Shown here: piece by piece, positions 11,921 to 39,620 of the stretch
How the letters are laid out: each line of letters begins with the position of its first letter
Position numbering within the stretch: the first letter of the stretch is position 1
Origin: Macrostomum lignano
Lineage: Eukaryota
Assembly (NCBI GenBank): GCA_002269645.1
Contig: NIVC01003607.1
Span: 1 to 64,000 of the forward strand
DNA: 64,000 bases
Direction: 5' to 3'
The notes under the pieces: generated by a model
Told to the model about the DNA's origin: nothing
The model's input: only the letters and a program-made list of their open reading frames with translations
Database searches by the model: none
Program-made: the position numbers and the translations under genes

Positions 11921-12533
11921 GTTCTAATTTTCTGAGCGAAAAGCTTTATAAATATCGATAGAGCAATAAGAAAGGCACAACATATCAAAAGATGAACACT
12001 GGATCTGCCTCCTATCAAAAGCAAATTTTTTTTTCGAAAAAAACTGCCTTTAAACATTTTCGAAGAAACGAGGTTGCCCGTCCCTCTACTTAAGTCGTCC
12101 TTGTTCTGGGATATCAGTTGTGGGGCAGTGTACATCTGCCTCCCTCTCTCTCTCCCTCGCTCACTTGGTCCGGCGCTATCACTGCCCCGTACAAGTACGT
12201 ACAGCCAACCACTCACTCACTTCAATAATTGATTTATTACGCAATAGTCATAGCCAACTATATAACTCGGCCCTGCTAAGTGCAAGCACCCCTTTGAGTT
12301 ATTTTTCATGCCTGCCTAGCACCATATCGCGGCACTGCCTTTTCTACATAAGTCTTTGGTCGAATTCTCAAAATTAGCTGCTCCAAAGACGCCTTTATGG
12401 CCAGAGACAATGAAAAGCCAGTCTTTAATATCTTGATTCTCACTTGCCACCCTAAGAATTGTTCATTGGCTCAATTAGCCTGGAAAACGCTATCTAAAGT
12501 CTGCCGTTGAAGAAACGCACGACGGTTTTCTGA

Positions 12534-15500
12534 ATGTCGGTTGTTCAAAACAAGAAGCAACCGCCATCGACTGCATCCAAGCCAGACCAGACTCAGGCTA
12601 GTCATGGATGTTTCGAGCAGTTCAAGCAGTTACTTCTGCTGCTGCTCAAGCTCAAGGCGTGGCGCCTCGCGGCAATTTGTGTGCCCATCGCGTTAGCGGC
12701 ATCAGCTTTGTTCGTCCTGCCCATAGTAGCCAAGACATTGCAGCGTGATGGCTTGGGCACTAGCAGAAATGGCAGCGACCATCTCCTGTTCTACGGCGCC
12801 TCCGACTTGGCGGCATCGAAGGCCAAGGTTCTGGTCGACCGCTCCAGCTTCCCCGCTGAGGCAGCTGCCGCTACAAGCATCGTGAAGAACGAAGGCGGAA
12901 ATTCCAATTGGATGGAGGAGTGCGCGTCAGAGACCGACTGCAGAGAGCGGCTCATGTTTGATGAGAATGATGACGCAATCGTTGCGCTGATCCGCTACTC
13001 GAAAACACCTGACAAGTCGCGAAGTGTGTTGGAATGCCCCAAACTCAAAGGACCCAAGGTCGAAATCCGATGCGCTTTTCTGTATAAAGTAATGGTTCTG
13101 TCAATGCAGAAAACGCTGGGCGCCGAGACTTTTAAAGAGATGCAAATCTACGAGCTGTTTGACAAGCGCTCTAACAAGAGCGGCAAGGTCGAGCGCTACG
13201 ACAATAAAAATACGAAATCCTTGCCAAACTCGGCTTGCGCGGACTGGATCAAAACGGGCCTCTATGAGCAAATAGCGTCACTAAGCGTACCCGTCTCAGT
13301 CAGCCTGTCAGCGATCGGAGTGAACTTCTACCTGCTCGTCTCCACTGTCTCCTGCATCCGCATGATCAAGACCGATGGCTTCCTGCAGCAGCTGTTTCGC
13401 AGCGGCCTGTCCGTGTCTGCCTATTGGCTGGTAATTTGGCTCGTCACTGCACTTGAGTGCCTCTTTTTCGCGGGCGTTTTCACAGCATCGAACGCGCTGG
13501 GGTGTTTGGGAGTCTTTCCAGCCTCAGCCATGGCTCGAGTCTTCATCTTATTCACACTGTTTTGCCTCAACCTGGCTGCCTTCATGCTGCTGCTGGAGCT
13601 GCTGCTGCCACCTCTGATGCTCGTGTCCATAGTGACCATCGTGATGAGCATTGGCTTGCTCATCGCCAATCTGAGCAACGCTCTACTTCACGAGAGTGCG
13701 AAGTTTTTATTGCATGTTTTTTCGCCACTGTTCGCCACCGAGTACATCATCAAGCTGTTCAACTCTGAGGTGAGGCGACAGTTCTCAGTAGCTGAGCTGA
13801 AGCATGAAGACGACTCTGAGCGACTCTCCCAGATTCTGACCTGGACAGCGATTGGGCTGCTGCTGTTTGCTCTGCTGCTGACTTATCTGGACTTCATGTT
13901 GAGCAGCGGCAATGGTCTTTGTCTATCACCGCACTACCCGTTCATGCCCGACTTCTGGTGCCCGAAAGGCCACAAGGACCGCAGCGACTCCGCTCCGAGC
14001 GAAGGCCCAGAAGAGAAACTCGAGTCCCACATTGAGCCGGTGATGGAACTGCCGCCCATCATTGCCGTCAAAGCCATCACAAAGACTTACAGAAACTGCT
14101 GCCTGTGCTGTCAGGACGCGACTGCTGTGCTAAAGAATTTATCATGTGAGTCTCATGCTAGCTGATCATTTCATCTTGATCACTGTATAAGCCCTTGTTT
14201 TGAGTCAGATAGTCTCAAGGTAAAGCACAATGTAAAGCACACTAGCGAGGAGGGATCCTGCAATTTTAATATCATTGTAGAACAGTTACGATTTCTTGTT
14301 GGCAAATAATAACCGAATAACCGCACTGTTTGCGGTTTAATGCTGCCAAAAAGCAAATTGACCCATACCCAACGCATCGTCTTAGTACTCACCTGCTAGG
14401 CCTCAAAAGCTTCGAAATAAGTGAATAGGTCACGCAATTATTAGTATATTTGTAAGCGTGCACCTTTTGGGTTGACGTTTACGGTGGTTATTGACCGTTG
14501 CTTTGTCCACTTGTACTCCTTGTGTACTCTCTCTCTCTCTGTCGCCCCCCTCCCTCTCCCTCTCTCTGCCCCGTGAGCACCCCCTCCCCCGATCTAAGGC
14601 CGTCTCGCGTTGATTTAGCGAGAATATCCGCAGCGTTTGCAATTCTGAAAAAAGACAGTACATCTTTTTCTCTGCACAAAATTAACTGATACAGTTCTTG
14701 ACAGGCCGCTGTTTTTTCACCACCAAATGCAGGCACGATTTACCGAGGCCAGATCACGGCTCTCATCGGACACAACGGCGCTGGAAAGTCGACGCTCATC
14801 AAGATCCTCACAGGCGAGGAGCTGCCAGACGAGGGAACGGCCCACATCGGCGGCTGTCTGGTGACGAACCCGCTGCTCCGTCTGTCGCTCAGAGGTCGGA
14901 TCAGCACCTGTCCGCAGTTCGATGTCCTCTGCGACTCGCTCACCGTGATGGAGTGCATCCGAGTCACTCTGGTCAGCAGGGCGGCCAGCGACACCAGCCA
15001 GCTGGAGAGAGCTCGCGGAATGTTGCAGAGACTCGGTCTGGGAGATAAGGAGGATGTGCTGTCTTGCGACCTGAGCGGCGGCCAGAAGAGGAAGGTGAGC
15101 ACGATCCTGACTCTGCTGGGCGACCCGGACGTTGTGTTTCTCGACGAGCCAACGAGCGGACTGGACCCGGTGTCGAGGCGGCAGCTGTGGCAGCTGCTGC
15201 AGGAGGAGAAGAGCGCCCGCTCCATCATCCTGTGCACGCAGTTCATGGACGAGGCGGACATCCTGGCGGACCGCAAGATCTTCCTGTGCGGCGGCAAGAT
15301 CGTGTGCGCTGGGTCTTCGATGTTTCTGAAGCGAGCGTTCGGCTGCAGCTTCACGCTGAATGTGTCGCTGAAGTCCCAGTCAGACGCGGAGTCGCTGCTG
15401 GCCAAGCTGAAGCAGGTCCGATTAAAGAGCCGGGAGGAGACCGAGCTGCAGCTGGAGGTTCCCGCATTGAACTCGTCTGTTTTGACCGAGGCAGTTCAGG

Positions 15501-18335
15501 TTTTGGAGACCAGCAAAGAAGTCGAGACATTCGGTCTGTCTCAGGCTTCTCTCGATGACATTTTCATGAGGCTGGGCGGGATGGACTCCGACGAAGTCAT
15601 CAAGGCATTTCGAGCGGGCACTTTGAAACTTCCTCAGCCTTCTGAATCAACCAATGTGGCAGTGGCTACAGCTGAGACAAAAAAGAGTTTGGATGAAGGG
15701 TTAAAGAGTGCAAAACAATTGAGAACGTCCATATTCGTTCAGTTTGGCGCACTGTTGTCTACTAACCTCAAGCGGCAAGTGCGGGTCCGGTCAAACCTGG
15801 TGAGCAGATTTCTGGTGCCTGCCGCCCTGCTTGCGCTAATGGCTGCTAGTGCCTTGATATTAAAAGAAACCAAGGAGAAAAGAACGACCGACACAAAGGA
15901 CCATCAGATGGACATTCTGATCCGTCCAGCAGCGCCTCGGATGGACAGTAATGGCTTAAAGGAAATTCCGATCGCATGCGTCTCTGATGGAAAGGCGAAC
16001 TCGATTTCCAAGAAGGACTGCAAAAGTCTAGTTATTCCAGACGAAAGCAAGGCCAAGGCTCCGCCACCAATTGTGATAACAAAGTCCCCGTCCCAAAGCA
16101 TAAAAGACTTCATGTCTCAGAGGTCAACCAGAGATCAACTTTATAACCATCTGAAAGACATGAAGACATGGCGAATCCCGGCATGTGCTGTGTTCTACGC
16201 TTCACCCTGGCTCAAGAATGCGTCAAACAAGACCGGTCGGTCAGCATCGGGGTTTTCTACAGTGACGATCAATCAACAGTGCACGTTCACAGAAGAGCGC
16301 TGATCGAACTGTTGGCATATTTTGGAATGGCCGGATCCAAAAACACCACCGCTGTTGCTTTCCTTGAGCTGGCCAGCACGACTGTAGTTAAAACTGGGCT
16401 GCAACTGCCAGTGTTTTACCTCGTGTTCTCAATGCTGTCAGTGTCATATCTGAGCGATCCGATCGAAGACATGAGCAGCCGAGTGCGCAGTTACCTGATA
16501 GCAACTGGCATGACCCACCTGGCCTACTGGGTCAACACATTCGTGATGCACTGGGTTCAGTACGCCATTTGCTACGTGATTGCTGTGGGGCTGTTAATGA
16601 TTTGTGATACGTTCAGAGGGACTTATCTTGTTTTGGCTGCGTTCTTGCCAGTCTTTCTACTCGGAACCGTGTCCAACCTGCTGACAATCTACACCATCGC
16701 TGTTCTCACAAGGACAAAAAAACACCCTGGTCTCCACAGGCTGCATCCTGGCCGCCGTGTTTTTACCTGTCGCTATGATGCTAATTAACAGTTACTCCGT
16801 CATCATGAAAGTGCTAATCTGGACAGTTCCTCCAGCGGCTCCCCTTGGTCTGGTGTTCAGCTGCGCCAAATTATATTTCTTTAAGCTTGCCTACTATCAA
16901 AACAAAGACGGCTCTGAGCTGCCTGGCATGATTGACAGTCTGTGGACGAATTCCGGCATCTTCCACTCTCTCATAGCGATGCCAGTGCACATCATTATCT
17001 TGCTGGGCATCATTTTTGCCGTGGAAGAAAGCGCCGAAATCAAAGAGGCCGTGTGCCAACGCGGAGCCCAGACCAAGCCTGACAAGCTCGATAGCGACAT
17101 GGAAGACGGCGCAAAGAAAGAAGCAGAGCGGGTGCTGGCGGCTCCCAGGAGCTCCAAGAACGTGCTGGAGGTTCGACAGCTGCAAAAGATTTATCCGAAC
17201 GGAGTCCACGCTGTGCGAGGCGTCACCTTCGGAGCGATGGCCGGCGAGATCTTCGGTCTGCTGGGCGCGAACGGAGCCGGCAAGTCCACCTCCATGTCGG
17301 TGATTGTCGGCGAGGAGGTCGCGACGGAGGGCGCCTGCGAGGTTCACGTGCAGGATGGTGCCTGGTTGTCCGGTCGGGAAGGAGCCACAGTCGGCGCCAT
17401 CGGCTACTGCCCGCAGCACAACCCGCTGTTCAACAGCATCACCGTGGCCGAGCACATCCGCTTCTACGCGGACATCCGCGGCCTGGACTCGATCGAGGCG
17501 GAACAACAGACGACCCGGCTGATGCAGAGCCTCGGCCTGTCGCAGCACAGCGACAAGCAGGCCGGTCAGCTGTCGGGCGGCAACAAGCGGCGTCTCTGCC
17601 TCGCCATCGCTCTGCTGGGCGACCCGGCGCTCATCGTCATCGACGAGGCCTCGACTGGCGTAGATCCCGAGAACAAGCGCTTCATCTGGGGCGCCATCCG
17701 CTGCATGGTGCACAAACAGAGGTCGGTCATGGTCACGACTCACAGCATGGAGGAGGTCGAGGCTCTGTGCAGTCGGGTGGGCATCATGAACAAGGGCAGG
17801 ATGATCTCGGTGGGCACCGTGCAGAATCTGCTTAGCCGGTGAGTCTGATCGTCTACATGTATTCTGACTGCTATCATAAGTTGATTTTTTAGAGGATGCG
17901 TCAAACTCCTAGTTTATTATGACAGCTGATTTTTCTCCTTTATGCCGTTAAGCTGAACGCTCTTGTTTATATTTATGTTCTGCTTACCACAGCCACGGAG
18001 ACGCGTACACGCTGGAGCTGCTGCTGGATCCGGAGACTGGGTCAGCGATAAAGCAAAAGAGACTCGTGATAAAAAATGCGGTGTCGGAGCAGTTCAAGGG
18101 AGCGCAGACGCAGGACGACCTCGGCCTCGGCCTGGTCATGCAGTTCTCGGTGCCCAAGCCATCAGTGCGCAGGCTGTCGGATGCGCTGAGGTGGCTGGCG
18201 GCCAACCAGAGCCGTCTGAAGGTGAGCTACTGGGCCCTCTACCAGATGTCGCTGGACCAAGTGTTCGTGAAGCTGGTCAAAACGTACGACCGCTCGAGCC
18301 AGACACTTGGAGCGAAAACTGGCAGCACGGCCTAA
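12534..18335 (+). CDS. ABCA: ABCA-subfamily (ABCA5-like) full transporter, paralog 2; exons 12534-14145, 14733-17838, 17993-18335 (~1690 aa)
   Basis: 543-aa exon-1 ORF with TMD1. GTGAGT donor at 14146 and CAG acceptor at 14732 give [21 protein letters not shown]. Also [36 protein letters not shown]. Only two frameshifts, both in A-runs (~16233 and ~16720). Confidence 0.92.
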
Positions 18336-18705
18336 GGAATCAAGTCTTATCAGTGCAGAGGCGGGCCGCGAAACCACAAGCGTAACATTTTTGTCTGTAC
18401 CCATGCCGTAGAAACTAACCTCTCATTCCTCAATATAATTATATTTATTTCTGTTAGTCTGCCACAACTGAAAATTTCTTTTGTATTCGTATGACTGTGC
18501 AAGTCTATATTACTGGCAACATTTCTAATACAATATAACGAACGTAAGTGTTTCTGGAACTCCTGCTAAAAACACGAAACGCTCTTAAAAGTTGAAACGC
18601 AACTTGTCTTCTCGAGTAGTAGCCTACAGTCTATATTAGTAGCAGCTAGCACAGCACCAAGAAGCCCAAAACAAGGCTGATAGCAACACTGTTGAAACAA
18701 AGCAC

Positions 18706-19036
18706 CAGTGCACCACACTGACATTGCAGCACAGCACCAGTGCATCACACTGACATTGCAGCACAGCACCAGTGCATCACACTGACATTGCAGCACAGCA
18801 CCAGTGCAGTGCATCACACTGACATTGCAGCACAGCACCAGTGCATCACACTGACATTGCAGCACAGCACCAGTGCATCACACTGACATTGCAGCACAGC
18901 ACCAGTGCATCACACTGACATTGCAGCACAGCACCAGTGCATCACACTGACATTGCAGCACAGCACCAGTGCATCACACTGACATTGCAGCACAGCACCA
19001 GTGCATCACACTGACATTGCAGTACAGCACCAGTGC
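18706..19036. repeat. 32-bp minisatellite (CACACTGACATTGCAGCACAGCACCAGTGCAT), ~10 copies
   Basis: Tandem units read directly. Confidence 0.95.
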
Positions 19037-19619
19037 AAACTCAGATAAAGAATTGAGCACATGTGAGTCGCTCCTCACTTGTTTTTGAGTCGTGGTCATA
19101 TGTTTAAAAGAGAGACTTGGGGAATCGTCTTGTTTCGCAAAAAATTTATTTGTCTTCCCGTGCAGTTTATTACATTATACTCGCTACTAGAAGAGAATGT
19201 TTCGCTGTCAGAAATTGGAACAACCCCCAGCTAAGGCCAGTTCAAAATGGGAAAGTAAAAAACAAACTCGAAGCAGCCCAAAGGCTCTGAACTGTCCGGT
19301 AAACAACAGATTCGATTCGCTACTCTCAATTGAAAACCGCGGGCTGTGAAAAGCAAGCAAAGCAAAAGCGTACATGTAAAAAAGTACAGGCGGGGAGGCT
19401 ACGGTATGGATCGCAGAATCGTGCTGTCAGTCGCTAAAGTCTAACCTGACGGAGCGGCGTCAGAATCAGCCCGGATAAACAAATCGGGCCGGGGGGAGTG
19501 GAAAATCGATAAATTGATGCGGAATCGCGGCAGCCTACTGACAGTAGTGACATTCGGATTGTGAGTAGGCATTGACAGTTAGGGAGGCCCGTAGAGGGGC
19601 GGAAACGACTAGTCTGGGT

Positions 19620-19740
19620 CCTTCGAACCAATGCGGTCTTTGTCTGTTCTGTCTGGACCAATTCGGTCTTTGTCTGGTCTGTCCGGATCAATTCGGTCTT
19701 TGTCTGGTCTGTTCGCACCAATGCGGTCTTTGTCCGAGTG
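19620..19740. repeat. 30-bp tandem repeat (CCAATTCGGTCTTTGTCTGGTCTGTCCGGA-like), ~4 copies
   Basis: Tandem units read directly. Confidence 0.8.
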
Positions 19741-20072
19741 GACAAGCTCCAGTACTAGCTGTCCAGACTATTTGCTTCCGCCCCTCCCCGACTCGGACAG
19801 GACAGAAAGGAACATAAATAGAAGCAGCAATGGCGAGACAAGAGAAAAATAACAGAGGCGGATGTACGAGTAGAAACGGCTCAGCACAGGACAGTAACTC
19901 GCAGGCTGAGGCAGGAGCTGGGCGAGGGGCGAGGGGCGCGCGCAACAGTTCATAAGTATTTGAAAATGAAAATAAAAAACACAAGGAAAAAAATGACGCA
20001 ACAATTCCACACGCGGCTCGCTCGGGTCACCCTCGTCTTCCCCAACCAAAGCGGCGGCGGCTGCGGCAGTTT

Positions 20073-26558
<6,486 letters not shown>

Positions 26559-27225
26559 AGTTTATTATTCGCCGAATAGGAAAAGTCCTGCCTGCCGCTT
26601 TGGTTGGGTCTGAGTTGGGGTTGCGCCAGAAGTAGTAGTAAGAAGATCGTGAAAAAATGAAAAGAAAAACATAAATCGTATTATCTAATTTAACCAAAGT
26701 GTTTTAACAAAGTTGGACATTTATGCAGAAAGTTTCGGCCTGATATTCATTTTTTAACTACGTTTAAGTTTGTTAGAAACATTTTAGTATACTTTTGAGT
26801 AAAATACATAAGCTTGGTTTTTGATTCTGAGATAATTTGTTTTCTTCAATTTCTTCGAACTCGTAAAATCAGTTCTATAGACTATAGTGGCATAATCGTC
26901 GTCAGCTTATAGCTTAGTCTTCGTATTTTTTTCAATCCTATGTGTGATGTCGCTATTTCGGCTACAATATTATTGCCAACGTTTTTCATTTTGCTAGTCC
27001 TTTATACTTTTATTGCTAAATAATAAAATATTGCTTCCTATCGCTGACATTGTGCTAGGATAGGATAACAATTCAGATAGGAAGGATATATTCACGTTTT
27101 ACAGTTGCAAAATTTAAGTAGAACTCCACACAAATATTTGAAGCAATAAACTCTGAATTTTTAATTTTACAAGTTATTTAATTACCGCAAACCATACCGA
27201 AACTGATGTCATAAAAAATAAACAA
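26559..27225. promoter_or_regulatory. Putative bidirectional promoter between PP1 and P2X start codons
   Basis: Divergent ATGs only 667 bp apart (26558 on -, 27226 on +). TSS positions cannot be determined from sequence. Confidence 0.65.
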
Positions 27226-34547
<7,322 letters not shown>

Positions 34548-34944
34548 CCGGTTGGCGCTATTTACTCAAAATTTTAGCCACTTGAGTTCGGTTGCTGTCT
34601 GTTTGCGTTGGTTCAGCTTCAATATTATCCATGCCCTATGCCGATATCTTCTCCGCCTCACTGATCCGAGTCAAATGCAAATTTGCCACTTCGATTTTTC
34701 TTCCTGGCCACAAGGAACTCCTGCATGGCGCAGGCGGGCTGGGTTCCTCTGTCAACAATCAGCTTGCCTCCAGCCTCCAGCCTCCAGCCTTTTATACCTT
34801 AGAAAATATCCTTTAAAGTGGCGCTCTTTGTTCTCGCGTTTAGTCTAGTCTAGCCCTAATTTTATTAGTCTTTAAGTACGTTTCCTATGCACTCTAGCGC
34901 AGGCAACACCCACCTCCCTCCCCATACTAGTGTACATTATTTGC

Positions 34945-35300
34945 TAATGTACATTGCTAGTGTACAATGCTGGTGTACATTGCTAGTGTACAATGCTGGT
35001 GTACATTGCTAGTGTACAATGCTGGTGTACATTTCTAGTGTTACATTGCTAGTGTTACATTGCTAGTGTTACATTTCTAGTGTTACATTGCTAGTGTACA
35101 ATGCTAGTGTACATTGCTAGTGTACATTGCTAGCGTTACATTGCTAGTGTACATTGCTAGTGTTACATTGCTGGTGTACATTACTAGTGTACATTGCTAG
35201 TGTACATTGCTAGTGTTGCATTGCTAGTGTACATTGCTGTGTTGCATTGCTAGTGAACATTGCTAGTGTACATTGCTAGTGTAGAATGCTGGTGTACATT
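34945..35300. repeat. 13-bp minisatellite (TGCTAGTGTACAT)
   Basis: ~27 units. Confidence 0.9.
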
Positions 35301-35839
35301 GCTAGTGTAATTATCACTAATAGCTGGTTGAGCAAAACTTCCAGGCAAAAGTTGTTCAATGTACATACCAAGTACGTTGTACTTTTGTCCACGGACCGCG
35401 AAAAGCGGCAAGTAATATTATAAGCACTTAGCAATGATGGGTGTCCCTCCGCCTGCACTCCACATCCGTTTAGAATCCTAATTACCTGCTACAAATTTAC
35501 TCAGCCTTTGTCTGATTATGACTGTACTTTGTTATCTATACTTGTTACTTTTCTTTTCTCTCTGTGGTGTGGGCGCGGCCTTGTACTCAGATCAAATACA
35601 CGCACAACAGCTGTGCTCAGCGAGCCGTCTTGAAACAGCAGGCTATGAGTTGGAAACAGGATCTGCAATTACGAGTAAATATGTACCTTTCCGATTTCGC
35701 TTCCTTTAATCAGGTAGATATGCTGTTGATCTAGATTCCATATTAAACACTGTAGCAGGCATTTCATACCGTCTTGATGACTACAGCAAAAACAAGTTAG
35801 TTTCGGTCTGTCCTGATCCCTGCAGTTTCTTTCCTTGCA

Positions 35840-36480
35840 GCCCCCTTCATCCCTGCGATCGCCTTTTAGTGTGTCCCTGCAATTCATTGTATCCCTGCAC
35901 AGTGTCTCCCTGCAATCCCCCTTCATTGTCTCCCTGCACAGTGTCTCAATGCAATCCCCCTTCATTGTCTCCCTGCAGTCTCACTTCATTGTCTCCCTGC
36001 ACAGAGTGTCCCTGCAATTTCCCTTCAATATGTCCCTGCAATTTCCCTTCGATATGTCCCTGCAATTTCCCTTCAGTGTGTCCCTGCAATTTCCCTTCAA
36101 TATGTCCCTGCAATTTCCCTTCACTGTCTCCCTGCAGTCTCCCTTCATTGTCTCCCTGCAGTCTCTCTTCATTGTCTCCCTGCAGTCTCCCTTCATTGTC
36201 TCCCTGCAGTCTCCTTTCATTGTCTCCCTGCAGTCTCCCTTCATTGTCTCCCTTCATTGTCTCCCTTCATTGTCTCCCTGCAGTCTCCCTTCATTGTCTC
36301 CCTGCGATTTCCCTTCAGCGTCTCCCTGCAATTTCCCTTCACTGTGTCCCTGCAATATCCCTCCATTGTCTCCCTGCACAGAGTGTCCCTGCAATCTCCC
36401 TTCAATCTCCCTTGATTGTCTCCCTGCACAGTGTCTCCCTTCAATTTCCCTCCATTGTCTTCCCGCAGTCTCCCTTCAAT
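35840..36480. repeat. ~24-bp minisatellite (TCTCCCTTCATTGTCTCCCTGCAG)
   Basis: ~26 degenerate units. Confidence 0.9.
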
Positions 36481-37434
36481 CAGCCAATCATGCTCGCCAT
36501 CTCAGCACAGCCGAGCACTTTTGCTTCAAGGCCGCAGAGTCTTGGACCCAAGCGAGCCGAATCCAGTAGCAAAATGCCAATGTAGGGAAGCCAGAGCTGC
36601 TACACTGGCAATTCTTTTAATCTCGTCCTGCATCCCCAGCCCTGGGGGCAGCCGGCTCTCCAGTTTCATTCTGCTCATCATCAAATTGATGCTTAATCTC
36701 GATTTCCTCTCTGTCTCCCTGTTGTCCAACTGGCTAGCGCAGCCGTCTCAAAGCCAGCCCAGTCGGCAGGGGTATCGGGTTCGCCGTGTTGTCGCCGTCG
36801 CCGAGGCCAATTCGTCACGGACGTCGATCGCCCCGGGTCCAGCTGGCTGCTGCGCCGCTTGCAGTCGGGCCCGTAGGCGCGGACTTTGGGAGGGGGTTGG
36901 GAGGGGAAATCTGGCACTCCTCAGATGGGAAGACGGGCTGGCAGCGTGACTCGGCATCACCTCCGGCCGGCTGCTCAGCCCTGAGCCGCGCACGCTACTG
37001 CGGGGACACGCGGCCCGCTCGATGCGCTGAAGGAGGCGGCAGGGGGGGGGGGGCAGCCGCCCGCGTATCGCCTTTCGCGCTGCCCCTGTTGCAGATTCGT
37101 TTAAGCGCCGAGTTCGTCATCGGATCAGGCATCCAGCGGAGGCTGGGACCCCTCCACCCCCCCACCTACCGCTAATCCGTGGCAACTCGACTCTCCGCCC
37201 TCCCAGCCCGGCCAAGGATTACCTTTAGGGGGAATCTGGATCGTCCAGAGAGTCTGACTGTTTCAAAGCCTTCATTTTCATACAGGGTTAGGGTGACCCG
37301 CTATTTTCCTGAGCTTCTACTTGCTCGCTGACTGACGCCTCAATATCCTTCAGTCGGGTGTCGGAACCGAATTCATGCATTGCAGGTGTCCTCGGCACAA
37401 GTTCAAATCCTAATGCTCCAAGTACATGTAATTG

Positions 37435-37665
37435 CTCATAATTTAAATTTTATAATTGATTACACTGCCCTAATAGGCAGATGTGCAACCGACAGCTCTG
37501 AATGCTGCGTACGGCTGTTCATTCCAAGGACCCTCAATTACCTCAGCTGAAGCAATGCAGAGTCAAATGTCTCGCTCAAAGACAATTTTTTACGAGTAGG
37601 TCGAGAGACTCGAACCCCTGACCCTTCAGTCGTAAGTCCGACACTAACCACTAGGCCACAACCCC
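37435..37665 (-). mobile_element. tRNA-derived SINE, copy 1 (internally shortened)
   Basis: On -: GGGGTTGTGGCCTAGTGGTTAG (A box)...GGGGTTCGAGTC (B box). Shares GTCCTTGGA(A/C)TGAACAGCC(G/A)TACGCAGC and GCTGTCGGTTGCA with the copy at 39621. Confidence 0.8.
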
Positions 37666-38934
37666 TTACTTAACTCTGCTCATAAAGGGACATCTGTTGA
37701 TAAAATAAATACAGAAAACAGCTGCTATAGTCGCCTCATCGTGAATTTTGTGAGAGAAGTTGCAACTCCAGAATCTTCTTGCACTCAGGGTCTCCTTGGC
37801 CCGGCTTGCGTGCCGCGCAACAGGCTGCGCTCAGGCGGAGTTCTCAGATTCTCAGCAGACCCGAGTGCGGCAGGAGGCACGCAACTTGCTGCTGCTATTC
37901 GAGTTGCTTGCTGAAAGCATTCGCTCTGATTTTCCCTACATTCGGAGTTGTTTACACTGCGTATGCATGCCGAGCATCAGTGCTGCCTGCGGGGCCTAAT
38001 TGTGCTCTGGTGCGTCTTCGCATGAGGTCGGGTACGGGGCTGAGTAACTCAGTGCCACGGCCGCTTGGCGGGTTCCGTGCGAGGCGGATTGTCGTGCGAT
38101 TTGCACCGTGAGGGCCAACCCCCCCAAGGACAGAATCATCTCACCGCTAGTGGTGTGAGTAGGATGAGGGTCAGGAGAGACTCAAGGTAAGGATTAACCA
38201 AGTCAATGAGTCAAGTTAAAAAATTCGAAATCGTTTTCTGGTGAACTGCAGGACAGAGAGACTGTTTCTCTTTTTGTTTGCACCAACACCAGACAGCCGT
38301 GGCTTTCTATGAAGTTTTTTCATCATTTCGCTGAAAGAGGATTCCGCTCTCCAGCTTCGAGGTCGTGACCCCTTGCACTGGCCGTGAGCACACCGGGAAC
38401 CTACAAGGGAACTGCGGATTTACACTTCTCTGTTTCATCGAAAGCTCGGCTTTGATCTCTGGTCTCTACGGCAGTTTTTCCGATTGCAGTCTCAGGTGGG
38501 GCGCATCCGAGTGGCTCTTTCACTCTGGCCTTCGCCAGGCTTTTAAGTCGCTAATTGCCCTTCTCTGGCACGCAGCTGCGGGCCGGAGTGCCGCCTTTAG
38601 TTTCGGTCCGACTCATTAAATAATGCATCATCTGGTAATCGCACGCTCCACTCGGGACCCGCTGGTCCCCGCGCTGCTGCAGCTGTATGCAAATACAGCT
38701 CGCCGTGCAGCCCGAGTCCATTCCGCTCTGTCCTCTTCTCCGATTTTCTCCGCTTCGGTGATCGATTGGGTGATTTTTCTCCTCCCTGGGTGGTTGCTTT
38801 GTGCGAGTTGAGATCGTCGGCTGTCTTGAGCTCTGAATGTTTGCATTGGAATTGAGAATTTTTGCTTGGGAAGGTTGTTGTCTTAATGCCAGAAGGATGG
38901 GGGCTGATGCTGTCGAGTGCGTTTCAGGGTAGGG

Positions 38935-39575
38935 GCGGATGCTGTCGAATGCATTTCAGGACAGGGGGCGGATGCTGTCAAATGCATTTCAGGACAGGGG
39001 GCGGATGCTGTCGAATGCATTTCAGGACAGGGGGCGGATGCTGTCAAATGCATTTCAGGACAGGGGGCGGATGCTTTCGAATGCATTTCAGGACAGGGGG
39101 CGGATGCTTTCGAATGCATTTCAGGACAGGGGGCGGATGCTGTCGAATGCATTTCAGGACAGGGGGCGGATGCTGTCGAATGCATTTCAGGACAGGGGCG
39201 GATGCTGTCGAATGCATTTCAGGACAGGGGGCGGATGCTGTCGAATGCATTTCAGGACAGGGGGCGGATGCTGTCGAATGCATTTCAGGACAGGGGGCGG
39301 ATGCTTTCGAATGCATTTCAGGACAGGGGGCGGATGCTGTCGAATGTATTTCAGGACAGGGGGCGGATGCTGTCGAATGCATTTCAGGACAGGGGGCGGA
39401 TGCTGTCGAATGCATTTCAGGACAGGGGGCGGATGCTTTCGAATGCATTTCAGGACAGGGGGCGGATGCTGTCGAATGCATTTCAGGACAGGGGCGGATG
39501 CTGTCGAATGCATTTCAGGACAGGGGGCGGATGCTGTCGAATGCATTTCAGGACAGGGGCGGATGCTGTCGAATA
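38935..39575. repeat. 33-bp minisatellite (ATGCTGTCGAATGCATTTCAGGACAGGGGGCGG)
   Basis: ~19 units. Confidence 0.95.
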
Positions 39576-39620
39576 AGTTTTAGGGTAGGTGCGAATGCTG
39601 TTGGGTTTTTTATGACAGTA

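Noticed and set aside
36416-38850. Short GC-rich ORFs upstream of the GPCR
   Set aside because: No recognisable domain, splice pattern or consistent codon bias.
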